DNA from: Bdellovibrionota bacterium
GTDB taxonomy: Bacteria; Bdellovibrionota_C; UBA2361; CAKMMH01
Reading direction: 5' to 3'
DNA length: 64,000 nucleotides
Assembly: GCA_050952645.1 (NCBI GenBank)
Contig: JBMNLI010000014.1
Location: 1-64,000 of the forward strand
Within the stretch, counting starts at the first letter, position 1. The number at the start of each line of letters is the position of its first letter. The notes beneath the pieces were generated by a model. The model made no database searches. It had not been told where the DNA came from and saw nothing but the letters and a program-made list of their open reading frames with translations. The translations under genes and the position numbers were made by a program. This document shows, in pieces, positions 48,518-58,375 of the stretch.

Positions 48518-50938
48518 ATGATAAAAAAAATTTTTATATTTTCAATATTTCTTTTTACACTCTCGCTATTTATAGGTGCAGGATTTCTTGCATACGGTTA
48601 TTTCTATATAACTAGAGATTTGCCTAAATTAAATCAAATAGAAGATTATAAACCTGATGCAGTAAGTAAAGTTTTTTCAGCAGATAATGTTTTAATGGCA
48701 GAGTTTTTCGATGAAAAAGGGAGACGCTATCCTGTAAAAATTTCCGATATTCCTCCTATGGTAAGAAACGCTTTCTTAGCAGCAGAAGATGCTTCGTTTT
48801 ATAAACATCCAGGGATAAATCCTTTAAGTATAATAAGAGCTCTTATTACAAATATAGTAAAAGGAGGCAAACAAGGTGGTTCAACTATTACTCAACAAGT
48901 AGTAAAAAATCTTTTACTTACTAAAGAAAAAAGTATTGAAAGAAAAATAAAGGAAGCAATTTTATCTTATAGACTTGAGGAAGCTTTTACTAAGGATGAA
49001 ATTCTAGAAATGTATTTAAATGAAATTTTCTTTGGCAATAGAGCGTATGGGATTCAAGCTGCTAGCCTTGCATATTTTAGAAAAGATGTAAAAGATTTAA
49101 CTATTGCAGAGGCTGCGATGTTAGCAGGTTTGCCTAAAGCGCCATCTGCAAATTCTCCAATATCACATTTTTCAAGAGCTCAAGGAAGACAGTTTTACGT
49201 GCTAGATCAAATGAAAAAGGAAGGCTTTATTACTAATAAAGAATATAAGCAAGCTAAAAAAGAAAAATTAAAAATTTATAAAAGCGACCTTAATAAAGTT
49301 TTTTATGCACCATTTTACGCAGCTGAGGTAAGGCGTATATTCCAAGAAAAATTCCCTAGCTACAATATTGATTTAGATGGTGTAAAGATATACACGCCAT
49401 TAGATATTAAAGCTAACAAAGTGGCAAAAAAAGCACTTATTAAAGGGTTAAAAGAGATTGATAAAAGGCGTGGCTGGCGTGGTAAAATAGATAGCGTAGA
49501 GTCTTTAAAAAATGAAGATTACTTAGAAAAATATAAAGATATTTTAACTAAAGATGTGCTCCTAGGGGATATTTTGCCAGCAATGGTTTTAGATATAGAT
49601 AAAAATAAAGGGAGCATAAAATTCGTAGTAGGCGAGAAAGAGCTAAGCGTGTATGCAAAAGATTTTACTTGGGCAAATAAAAAGACGATGCCCGATGGAA
49701 GCTTAGCAAGCGTAAGCCCTATAAGAGATTTAGTAAAGGGTGATATTATAGAAGTGTCTTTTGTGAAAGAAGAAAAAGGTTTTAAGCCAATTTTAGATCA
49801 AACTCCAGATATAGAAGGAGCGATAGTTTTAATCAATCCTAAAACTGGAGAAGTAGTTTCTTTAGTTGGAGGAGCAGATTATCAAACTACTCAATTTAAT
49901 AGAGTGACGCAAGCTAAAAGACAGCCTGGCTCCGTTTTTAAGCCTATAGTTTATTTAACAGCGATAGACGCTTACGATTATACTCCTGCTACTGTCGTGT
50001 ATGATACTCCTAGAACTTTTAGAGTAAACGATGATTATTGGGTGCCAAATAATTTTGATGGAAAGTTTTTAGGACCTATAACTTTAAGAGAAGCGTTGCA
50101 GAAATCGAGAAATTTAGTTTCAGTAGATATAATAAGTAGCATTGGTGTAGAATCCGTAATTCGCTATGCAAGAAAACTAGGAATAGAAAGTGATTTAGGA
50201 AAAAATTTATCATTATCTTTAGGTAGTGGAGAAGTGTCTCTCTTAGAATTAACGAGAGCTTATGGAGTATTCCCTGCAGGAGGTGTGCTTGCTAATACAA
50301 CGTTTATAACTAGAATAGAAGATAGAAATGGAAACGTTATTTACGATGTTCAAAAAGAGTTAGTAAACAATTCAAAACAGGTAATAGAGGAAGATACCGC
50401 TTTTATAATGTCGTATTTAATGAAAGGCGTTGTAGATAGCGGAACTGGTTATAGAGTTAAGGCTTTAGGACGCCCTGCGGCTGGTAAAACGGGGACTTCA
50501 AATGATTTTATGGATGCTTGGTTTATAGGATTTACTCCCGAGTGGGTAGCAGGTGTTTGGACTGGATTTGATACTAAAACGCTTATCGGAAAAAAAGAAA
50601 CTGGTGGGACGAGCGCTGCGCCTATTTGGCTTTATTTTATGAAAGATTTTTTAGAGTATGAAGAAGACAAAGCATACAAACAAGAAATCGAAGAAAGCAA
50701 AAAAGCCGCAATCGCTAAAGGAGAAGAGTTTAAAATCCCTGCTAAAAAGCAAGCTCCTAATTTTTTACCGCCTCCTAATGTAGTCCCGTATTGGATAGAT
50801 AAGAAAACTGGCGTTAGAGTTGATAAGGACACTAAAGGGGCATTCTTAGAATATTTTAAACAAGGCACGGAGCCAAACTTGCCTATGGAAGATTCTGAAA
50901 GTGAAACTATAGATTACTTAGAGCAAGTAGATTTGTAA
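48518..50938 (+). CDS. mrcA: Penicillin-binding protein 1A (bifunctional TG/TP)
   Basis: EDASFYKH, GGSTITQQ and RKIKE (transglycosylase); SVFK, SRN and KTG (transpeptidase). Confidence 0.95.
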   Translation: MIKKIFIFSIFLFTLSLFIGAGFLAYGYFYITRDLPKLNQIEDYKPDAVSKVFSADNVLMAEFFDEKGRRYPVKISDIPPMVRNAFLAAEDASFYKHPGINPLSIIRALITNIVKGGKQGGSTITQQVVKNLLLTKEKSIERKIKEAILSYRLEEAFTKDEILEMYLNEIFFGNRAYGIQAASLAYFRKDVKDLTIAEAAMLAGLPKAPSANSPISHFSRAQGRQFYVLDQMKKEGFITNKEYKQAKKEKLKIYKSDLNKVFYAPFYAAEVRRIFQEKFPSYNIDLDGVKIYTPLDIKANKVAKKALIKGLKEIDKRRGWRGKIDSVESLKNEDYLEKYKDILTKDVLLGDILPAMVLDIDKNKGSIKFVVGEKELSVYAKDFTWANKKTMPDGSLASVSPIRDLVKGDIIEVSFVKEEKGFKPILDQTPDIEGAIVLINPKTGEVVSLVGGADYQTTQFNRVTQAKRQPGSVFKPIVYLTAIDAYDYTPATVVYDTPRTFRVNDDYWVPNNFDGKFLGPITLREALQKSRNLVSVDIISSIGVESVIRYARKLGIESDLGKNLSLSLGSGEVSLLELTRAYGVFPAGGVLANTTFITRIEDRNGNVIYDVQKELVNNSKQVIEEDTAFIMSYLMKGVVDSGTGYRVKALGRPAAGKTGTSNDFMDAWFIGFTPEWVAGVWTGFDTKTLIGKKETGGTSAAPIWLYFMKDFLEYEEDKAYKQEIEESKKAAIAKGEEFKIPAKKQAPNFLPPPNVVPYWIDKKTGVRVDKDTKGAFLEYFKQGTEPNLPMEDSESETIDYLEQVDL

Positions 50939-50953
50939 AGAAGCTTTCTCTTA

Positions 50954-51068
50954 AGCTCGCTCTTTTTTAGCTCGCTCTTTTTCTAGCTCGCTCTTTTTAG
51001 CTCGCTCTTTTTCTAGCTCGCTCTTTTTAGCTCGCTCTTTCTAGCTTGCTCTTTCTAGCTTGCTCTTT
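50954..51068. repeat. Minisatellite, 8 copies of AGCT(C/T)GCTCTTT(T/C)n
   Basis: Head-to-tail 14-16 bp units with no spacers. Confidence 0.92.
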
Positions 51069-51151
51069 GAGGGGCTTCTTTAGTTATCTTAAGTTAAAGA
51101 ACTTTTAAAAAATTTTTAAGCTAATACAAATTAAGCTAACACGAAAAAAGA

Positions 51152-51266
51152 GGTTCTTTACGTTTTAGGCTTCGTTAGATTCATCTTCGTTGGATTAAGC
51201 TTCGTTAGATGATGTGTGGCACTAATTTTTTAGAATTTTAAAACCACCTTAAAACGTTAAAGAACT
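51152..51266. mobile_element. ISL3-like MITE, diverged copy
   Basis: GGTTCTTTACGTTTTAGG...CCTTAAAACGTTAAAGAACT; flanks match 6 of 8; internal 15-bp triplication. Confidence 0.8.
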
Positions 51267-51371
51267 AAAAAATTGCTATTTCACTACTATTCTCGCTTGT
51301 ATTCTCGTTTGGCTCTTATTTATTCTTATTCTTCTTGCCATTCTTAGCTATTCTTTTAGCTATTCTCTTAG

Positions 51372-53180
51372 CTATTCTTTGCTATTCTCATCTTCATAAT
51401 CATCATAACCGTCGTTGTTATTTTCGTTATTATTTTCACTGTTATCTTCATTACTATTTTCATCATCATTTTCATAATCATTTTCATTTTCAGTGTCATT
51501 TTCAGCATCTTCGCCTTGCCCATCTTCCCTTGGAATATTGATAGTAGTTGCTCTTTTAAAGCATATTGTGTTTCCATTAAATAGAGCATCTTTTAAGCTG
51601 TTTTCTATTTCGTCTGCTATATCTTCTTGAAAATCAACGAATGAGTAAATATTTCTCAAGCTAAATCTTTTAATTTTATCTGCATACTCGCTAGCAAATT
51701 CTTTTAAAATATTTATAAAAGCATCTTCTGAGAAATTATCATTATCGCCAAGTCCTATATAAAATCTAACATCTTTTATTTGAGGTTCACGTTTATAGTT
51801 AGCACTTTTTTCTTCCTTTTGTAGTTCATTTGCAGAAGAAAAATTTTGTTCTTTATACGATCTATTTTCAGGCCTATTTTCAAACTTCTTTCTTCTATCT
51901 TTTCTATTGCCGTAGGAAGAACTTTCCGATACTTTTATTAAAGAATTGTAAATCATATATTTTATAATATCATCTTTTCTATCCGATTCATTTAATAATT
52001 GATAGTAAATTTCTAGCTTTTCATTAATATCTTCTGCTTCAGAAATTTTGCTTTCATTGATACTCTTAACATAATTATCGAAACGAGCCTTGCAAACCTC
52101 AGCTACTGTGGGAAGTTGCACTTCAACGATATCAAAATCTAAGCCTTTTCTAACTTGATGAAAATTTATTAAATCTAGTGGGTGAATAAAATTTATTACT
52201 TTCTTTAAATATCCCTTTTCATTAGTTTTACCCATTCTCGATAAATAGGTATCGCAATTTTCAGGTGTGGAATAATTTATAACGAGCTCTAGATTCCTAA
52301 CATTAATTTGTTTTGCCCCGATATCTGTAGCGATAATTGCATTGATAGCACCATTTTCTAGATCGTTTAATGCGTTCATAACTCTTGAATAATAGGCGTT
52401 GCCTATAAGTTTAGTAGTGCGCATACCATTTTTATTTAAAACCGCTTCAACCATATCTGTATCTGAGGGTTGGTTGCAAAAGATGATTGTCGCAGGTCTT
52501 CCTTGAATTTCTAAAATATCGCATAGTGCATTAAGCTTTGCAGTAAGTTCGGCTCCAAGCATACAAAAATAGTGTTCCGTTTTTACAACCTCTTCCTTTC
52601 CAGCACTTTCGCTAGCGATTCGCGTTTTTACATCTCTAAAAGCTTTTTCAAGTTCATGAGAGATTTCTCTGTTGCAAATAAGCACTTGAGCATCTTTGTT
52701 TAAGCTTTTGATTTTTGTAATGGTATCTATTATTAGCTTGTTATTCTCTTCATTTTCTTCAATACTATCAAAAATTAAAGTATCGATATCTTCTAAATTA
52801 TTTTTACCTTTCTTAAAAGTATCGAGTGAAAGGATTTCTACTTTAAAATTTTTATTATCAAATAAATTTAATTTAGAAAATTCCTCAACTATTCTATCTT
52901 TTGAATCATTATCAGCAACGATTAATGTTTGGTAATTTTCATTATTTATCTTATAAAAAGCTAATAATAAACCACACATTAAAGTTTTTCCACTTAGAGA
53001 ATCGCCTTGAATTAAATAGTCTTTTTTGTTTATAATTTCTGGTAAAATTTTTGCTTGTAGAAATGTAGCTTCAGCAATTCCTAAGCTTTCGATTAAATTT
53101 AATATTTCTTGATTATTAAAAATTTTTTCAAAATTAAAATTTATTCTTCCTTTGTTTCGTCCTTTTTCTTCTTGTTGCAT
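51372..53180 (-). CDS. Degenerate DEAD-box helicase-like protein with DbpA-type RNA-binding domain and acidic tail
   Basis: Q motif, SGKT, IIFCN, IATD and LVINY are recognisable; motifs II, III and VI are substituted; C-terminal ...YSFVDF RRM. Confidence 0.8.
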   Translation of the reverse strand: MQQEEKGRNKGRINFNFEKIFNNQEILNLIESLGIAEATFLQAKILPEIINKKDYLIQGDSLSGKTLMCGLLLAFYKINNENYQTLIVADNDSKDRIVEEFSKLNLFDNKNFKVEILSLDTFKKGKNNLEDIDTLIFDSIEENEENNKLIIDTITKIKSLNKDAQVLICNREISHELEKAFRDVKTRIASESAGKEEVVKTEHYFCMLGAELTAKLNALCDILEIQGRPATIIFCNQPSDTDMVEAVLNKNGMRTTKLIGNAYYSRVMNALNDLENGAINAIIATDIGAKQINVRNLELVINYSTPENCDTYLSRMGKTNEKGYLKKVINFIHPLDLINFHQVRKGLDFDIVEVQLPTVAEVCKARFDNYVKSINESKISEAEDINEKLEIYYQLLNESDRKDDIIKYMIYNSLIKVSESSSYGNRKDRRKKFENRPENRSYKEQNFSSANELQKEEKSANYKREPQIKDVRFYIGLGDNDNFSEDAFINILKEFASEYADKIKRFSLRNIYSFVDFQEDIADEIENSLKDALFNGNTICFKRATTINIPREDGQGEDAENDTENENDYENDDENSNEDNSENNNENNNDGYDDYEDENSKE

Positions 53181-53282
53181 ATGTTATCCTAAATAAAATT
53201 ATAATTTATTGTTTGTTATATTGATCATTATCAATAATCAATAGTTTTAAAATTAGTTATAAAACTAAAAATCTCTAAATTA

Positions 53283-53326
53283 AGCTATAACGATATCAGC
53301 TATAATGATATCAGCTATAACGATAT
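53283..53326. repeat. 15-bp tandem repeat x3
   Basis: AGCTATAA(C/T)GATATC repeated. Confidence 0.85.
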
Positions 53327-53670
53327 TGACGGTGCCTAGATGATACTTAAAATGATAATAAACAATAATATAATTAAAAAATAATAAATAATATAATAAA
53401 TAATAAAGTCTTAATATAAATCAATCAAAAATTAAACGTAATTTTATATAATCTTAATATAATTATCTTTATATAATAATTATTTTTATATAATCAATGT
53501 ATAGCAGAAAGATATATAACTTTATATATCTGTTTTTTTATATAAGACTTAAAATATAATATAACAAAATTATTGCATCTTGTCATTATGTCATATATTG
53601 AAATTTTTTCAAATATTTGTAATAGTTAAATGTAAGTTTTTTCCTAAAATAAAATTTTAAAAAACATATT

Positions 53671-55008
53671 ATGAATAAAATTAAATATATATTATTTTTT
53701 ATATGTGCTTTTTTTTTCGTTTCGTGTGCCCAATTAAAGCCAGTGCCTAAAGAAAGGTATATAAATAAAAATTCAAACTATAATAAGCACTATAATAGGC
53801 AGTATAGTGATAATAGTAATAAACAATTAAACACTACATCTAATACTACTAATACTTTAGTAAGTAGCACTTTAGTAGGTAATAATCAAGCAAGATACAG
53901 TGGCGGATATAAAGTAGGAAGCGAAGCGGACACGCAAAGCGAAAGCGCTAAAGATGTAGGCGAAAGCACAAACTCCACACTAGATCATTTAAAAGAAGTA
54001 GCAAGAGAAAACAAAAAAGAGTTTTTTAGTGAAAATAATGATTATGCAGTATCTCCATCGGTTCCTAAGGGAATTTTCACGGTTAGAAATACTAATTTTA
54101 TAACGGTTGGAGAAAAGGGAGATGTTTGGCTTTGGAGTGCAAATTTAAAAAATAGAAGTCACGTTGAAAATTTGGGAACTTGTGTAGATAGAGTAGACTT
54201 AGACCATAATACGCTCGCTTTATTTTGGTCATGCGGAGCTAAGCTCTATACAAAAGAGCTATTAAACGATAAATCTGTAATATCGCTAGATAGAATAAAA
54301 ACTAGAGCTAGTGCTTTTACAGTATTTAATAATGCAACGCAATTTTTAGTAGGTGGGGCAGATGGGAAGTTGTATAGGTGGGAAAGCCCTTTAAAGATAA
54401 ATATTACAGATTTTAATAATTTTGAAAGATACACGGCGCACTCAACCGTAGTGAGTGCCGTGGCGTTCCATCCTGAGGGGAGAGTCTTTTTTTCGGGAGA
54501 TTGGCAAGGCAAGTTTAAAGCTTGGATCTCTTATAAGGAAGATGAGTTTTCTGGAAAATATGATGAAAATTTATTTGGAGGAAGATTTTTTGAAGAAGGT
54601 TCTATGGTAAAAGACTCAGGAAGAGTAGGAGGAAGTATTGAGAAAATTGTGGTTAGTCCTAATGGAGATTACGTTTTGTTAGGTCTTCAAAATTCGATTA
54701 TAGAGATTTGGAAGCTACGTTCTTTTAAAAAAGTTTTAGATTTTTCAGCTAGTGATTTAAGGCTATTAGATGCCAAGTTTGTTTCTAATAACCAGTTTAT
54801 TACTTTAGCTAGAGATAATAAAATTAAGTTGTGGCAATTTGATGAGATAAAAGATGATTTAGGAGATAGCGATTTTAAAGAAATGCTAATAGGAGAAAAA
54901 GAGTTAGAGGAGCCAGTTTTACTTTACGTCGCTAAAACTAGTGAAATTCTTTTTGCAGATGAAAAGGGCGACTTAAAAAATGTAGATAGCGTAATTGCAG
55001 TAGACTAG
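53671..55008 (+). CDS. WD40-repeat lipoprotein
   Basis: Lipobox FVSC; GGADGKLYRW, HSTVVSAVAFHPEG..FFSGDWQGKFKAW and DNKIKLW. Confidence 0.85.
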   Translation: MNKIKYILFFICAFFFVSCAQLKPVPKERYINKNSNYNKHYNRQYSDNSNKQLNTTSNTTNTLVSSTLVGNNQARYSGGYKVGSEADTQSESAKDVGESTNSTLDHLKEVARENKKEFFSENNDYAVSPSVPKGIFTVRNTNFITVGEKGDVWLWSANLKNRSHVENLGTCVDRVDLDHNTLALFWSCGAKLYTKELLNDKSVISLDRIKTRASAFTVFNNATQFLVGGADGKLYRWESPLKINITDFNNFERYTAHSTVVSAVAFHPEGRVFFSGDWQGKFKAWISYKEDEFSGKYDENLFGGRFFEEGSMVKDSGRVGGSIEKIVVSPNGDYVLLGLQNSIIEIWKLRSFKKVLDFSASDLRLLDAKFVSNNQFITLARDNKIKLWQFDEIKDDLGDSDFKEMLIGEKELEEPVLLYVAKTSEILFADEKGDLKNVDSVIAVD

Positions 55009-55104
55009 TTTATATAATTTTGTTTAGTGATTTTTACCTTATAAACTTTTTTGTGCATATGTATAATTGGCAAATACGATTATTAAATATTTTATTAAAT
55101 ACTA

Positions 55105-55641
55105 TTGATAAATAAAGTTATGAAGAAAATATTATTTTTAGTCATTTTTATAACGAGTGTTGTGTTAGATTTTATATCGAAAAGTTTTGTAGTAGATTAT
55201 TTTAAAAATAGCGATACTCATTTTGTTCCCGTTATAAAAAATTTTTTAAATATAGGCTTAACGTTTAACGAGGGAGTAGCTTTTGGTTTTATGACGACTT
55301 GGAGTCCTAATGTAAGATTATTTGCTTTAATCGTTACTAGTGTTATAGCGTTTAGTGTTCTACTATATTTTTTATTTGTAGTTTATAGAGATAATAAAAT
55401 AGCTGTAGCTTTTCTTGCTTTAATTTTTGGGGGAGCGGTTGGAAATATTATCGATAGGTTTCGCTATGGAGCGGTCGTAGATTTTATCGATATATATTAC
55501 AAGCAATACCACTGGCCAATGTTTAATTTAGCAGATTCTTTTATTTGCATAGGTGTTTTCGTTTTGATTTTTTTACCTCATGAGACTAAAGAGATAACAA
55601 AAGTAGAGATGGACGTGGATATGGGAAAAGATATTAAGTAA
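55105..55641 (+). CDS. lspA: Lipoprotein signal peptidase II
   Basis: NEGVAFG, GGAVGNIIDR, VVDFI and FNLADS; start may be ATG 55120. Confidence 0.96.
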   Translation: MINKVMKKILFLVIFITSVVLDFISKSFVVDYFKNSDTHFVPVIKNFLNIGLTFNEGVAFGFMTTWSPNVRLFALIVTSVIAFSVLLYFLFVVYRDNKIAVAFLALIFGGAVGNIIDRFRYGAVVDFIDIYYKQYHWPMFNLADSFICIGVFVLIFLPHETKEITKVEMDVDMGKDIK

Positions 55642-55691
55642 AGACTTTTTTATATTGTGATTTATAACTTTTTGTCCAGCGGATTGTCAAC

Positions 55692-55764
55692 TTTCTTTTA
55701 GGCTCTGTGTGTGAAGAGATACTAATTTTTGAGGATTAAAAACCATTTTAAAGCGTGAAGAACT
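55692..55764. mobile_element. Partial MITE (right end)
   Basis: TTTCTTTTAGGCT...GATACTAATTTTT...AAAGCGTGAAGAACT. Confidence 0.7.
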
Positions 55765-55814
55765 AATTTTTAATTTATATTTTTTTCATTACTTTAGTGT
55801 GTTATATTTTTTTT

Positions 55815-57371
55815 ATGAATAGTAATCTTGTTAAGAAAATTTTTAAAATATTAGAAAAATCTTTATATATTTTACTTATCTTGGTGTATACATACTTTTT
55901 TGTGTTAAGATTAGGTTTTGAGTTTAGATTTCCCATAGCTTACGATTCCCCAGATTTTCAGGCTATAGGGCGTGGCATAGTAAATGGTTTTTATCCATTT
56001 AGAGATTTTTGGGAAGTTAAACCGATTGGCATTTATTTATTACATTATATTTCTTATAGTTTAACGGATACTTTAATAATTTCTCATGTTTTTTTAATAT
56101 TTTGTTATATATCATTATTCCTTTTCCCAATTATTTTTTTTCTTATAAAAGTTCCTAGAAAAAAAAGAACTTTATCTCTTTTCGTTATTTCAGTTGCATT
56201 AGGCTCATTAGTAGCGGTATATGCTGATTTAAGAGGAGGAAGATTGCTTCCAGATATTTTTGGAATATTTTTTTCTTGTCTCTATATTTTATTTATAAAC
56301 TCATCTTTTTTTATAAAGAAACGAAAATTATCATATTTTATCGCTGGGTTTTTAATGTGCATCGCTTGCAATTTTAAGGAACCATATTTATTTTCTATAA
56401 TTGCATCAAGTTTAATTTTTTCAAACTCATTTAAAGATTTTTTAAGAAAATTTTTTATCCCATTTTTAGTAGCATGCGTATTAGGTGGAGTTTTTTTATT
56501 ATCGTTAGGTTTATTAAAGGATTATTTTGAATATTTATATTATATGGTTTTTTTTCTTAGTGTAGCAGATGGTAATAATATATTTATGCGAACATTTATA
56601 AATATAAATCATATTTTTAATAATTTAAATTTAGCTTTTAAATTTTCAGGTTTTGTATTTTATTTGTTATTTCTTTTCCCATTTATAGAGGTTACGCAAA
56701 AATATAAAAATATAGCAAATAGGAAAAAATATATTTTAATAAGATTTTTAGTTTTAATTTTTGCTCTATATCTTACTGTAATGGCAGTTCGTTCTAGTGG
56801 CTATCACTACTCTCAGCATAATAGTTTTGCAGTTCCATTTATTTTTGCATTAAGTTTATATTTTATAAAGAATGTAATAAATTTTAAAAATGATTTTCGT
56901 AAAATATATATTTTCGTTTTTAATATTATATTAACTATTACTCTGTTTTTTTTACCTATAAAAGGAATCGTAATAGAAGATTGGAGTGATATGTTTTTAT
57001 GCAAAAATATAAAAGATGAAGCAGAATATATAGATAATGTATTAGACAAATTAGATGAGAAGACTTACGTTTTTTTAGGTTCTTGTGGGCATCATATTTT
57101 GGGTTTTACTAGACATTCCCCTAAAGGGAAATATGCATTTCAAGTTCGAAATTGGAATGCCGAAAAGCTTCCAAACTTTTATGAAAGTATAGTCGATAAT
57201 GTGAAAAATGCTAAATTAGTCGTTTTTGATAGCTACTTTAATAAAAAACTTCAATATCAAATAGAGCCAATTTTAAATAATGCTTTTACTACCGACATCC
57301 CTAATTCACTTAAAGGTATTAAAAAACCTTATTCTAGATATAAAATATATTTTAGTAAGAAAATATCTTAA
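55815..57371 (+). CDS. GT-C fold (ArnT/PMT-like) membrane glycosyltransferase
   Basis: DSPDFQAIG..I..G.YPFRDFWEVKPIG loop after TM1, many TMs and a C-terminal periplasmic domain. Confidence 0.7.
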   Translation: MNSNLVKKIFKILEKSLYILLILVYTYFFVLRLGFEFRFPIAYDSPDFQAIGRGIVNGFYPFRDFWEVKPIGIYLLHYISYSLTDTLIISHVFLIFCYISLFLFPIIFFLIKVPRKKRTLSLFVISVALGSLVAVYADLRGGRLLPDIFGIFFSCLYILFINSSFFIKKRKLSYFIAGFLMCIACNFKEPYLFSIIASSLIFSNSFKDFLRKFFIPFLVACVLGGVFLLSLGLLKDYFEYLYYMVFFLSVADGNNIFMRTFININHIFNNLNLAFKFSGFVFYLLFLFPFIEVTQKYKNIANRKKYILIRFLVLIFALYLTVMAVRSSGYHYSQHNSFAVPFIFALSLYFIKNVINFKNDFRKIYIFVFNIILTITLFFLPIKGIVIEDWSDMFLCKNIKDEAEYIDNVLDKLDEKTYVFLGSCGHHILGFTRHSPKGKYAFQVRNWNAEKLPNFYESIVDNVKNAKLVVFDSYFNKKLQYQIEPILNNAFTTDIPNSLKGIKKPYSRYKIYFSKKIS

Positions 57372-57567
57372 CTATTCTTTTTAAGTCTGTAAGTTTGTAA
57401 TAAAAACTGATTTAAAAGCTTTTTAGATGTAGCATAGAGTGCTGTTCGAGCGTGTTTGTAAAAAGCTGTTTTATTCTGACTTCGCCAATGAGGCACCCAA
57501 GAATTTTAAATTAAAATTTACGATAATTGCTTACATTCATAGACGTGGTCAGCGATAATCCAATATT

Positions 57568-57606
57568 GAGCTCCTTAAGATACATGTTTTAAGAGGCTCT
57601 TTTTTT
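57568..57606 (+). terminator. Rho-independent terminator
   Basis: GAGCTCCTTAAGA...TTTTAAGAGGCTC followed by a T-run. Confidence 0.75.
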
Positions 57607-57755
57607 ATCTTTTTTTATCTACTTTTATCTATTAGTTTTATTTACTAGCTTTAAAATATCTATTGTGCATATTTTCTTGTTCTTGTAAACTTAGACTTGC
57701 AGTTTAGCCTTAATACGTTCTAGTATAAGGCAAGATAGAGATTTTTAAAAATTGT

Positions 57756-57900
57756 AGTTCTTACACGTTTTAAGCGAATTAGAAAAATTGTTTTAGGTTA
57801 GCTTAAAAGAAACGAATGAAACTAGTGGAAATTTTCTTTAGGCTAGTGTGGTAAGTGGTGCTAAATTTATGAGCTTAAATATTTTTAAATGTGCAAGACT
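57756..57900. mobile_element. Diverged MITE copy
   Basis: AGTTCTTACACGTTTTAAG...AAATGTGCAAGACT; internal GGTTAGCTTAAAAGAAA is the reverse complement of part of the 7676 copy. Confidence 0.7.
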
Positions 57901-57945
57901 TATATATTTAATCATTAGTAATATTTAATTATTATAAGAGTAATT

Positions 57946-58215
57946 ATGAATAAAATATTGTCGTTATTGTCGTTATCCATTTTGTTATTTATGCTCGCTT
58001 CTTGCTCAGTAGGTAGCGATGTAGAACGTTTGCCATCTCGAAGCGTCGGAAACTTAATCGTCGATACTCCAGATGAACAAAAAAAAGAACTTACAGAACA
58101 AGAAAAAGTTTTTTATCTCCAACAAAAAGAAAGAGATAGACAACAAAAAGATATCGAAGATTTAGAACGGCAAAGATTTTATAATGAAAAAATTAAGAAT
58201 TACGGTTTAGAATAA
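57946..58215 (+). CDS. Small lipoprotein with coiled-coil C-terminus
   Basis: Lipobox LASC; Q/E/R/K-rich helix. Confidence 0.75.
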   Translation: MNKILSLLSLSILLFMLASCSVGSDVERLPSRSVGNLIVDTPDEQKKELTEQEKVFYLQQKERDRQQKDIEDLERQRFYNEKIKNYGLE

Positions 58216-58375
58216 ATATAAAAAAATAGAGTAAATATAAAAAAAGCTTTAACAATAATAGTTTGAAAAAAAAGTTTTAATATCGTTTGCTGTTTTTATG
58301 AATAAGTTTTATTTAAAGTGATGTTTTTTGTTTTTAAGAAATTTTTTTTAAAATAATAATTAGGAAATAAAAAAG

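Noticed and set aside
50954..51068. CRISPR array
   Set aside because: Units are 14-16 bp, head-to-tail with no unique spacers, and there are no cas genes in the window.
57440..57520. tRNA suggested by GTTCGA
   Set aside because: No cloverleaf, T-stem or acceptor stem can be built.
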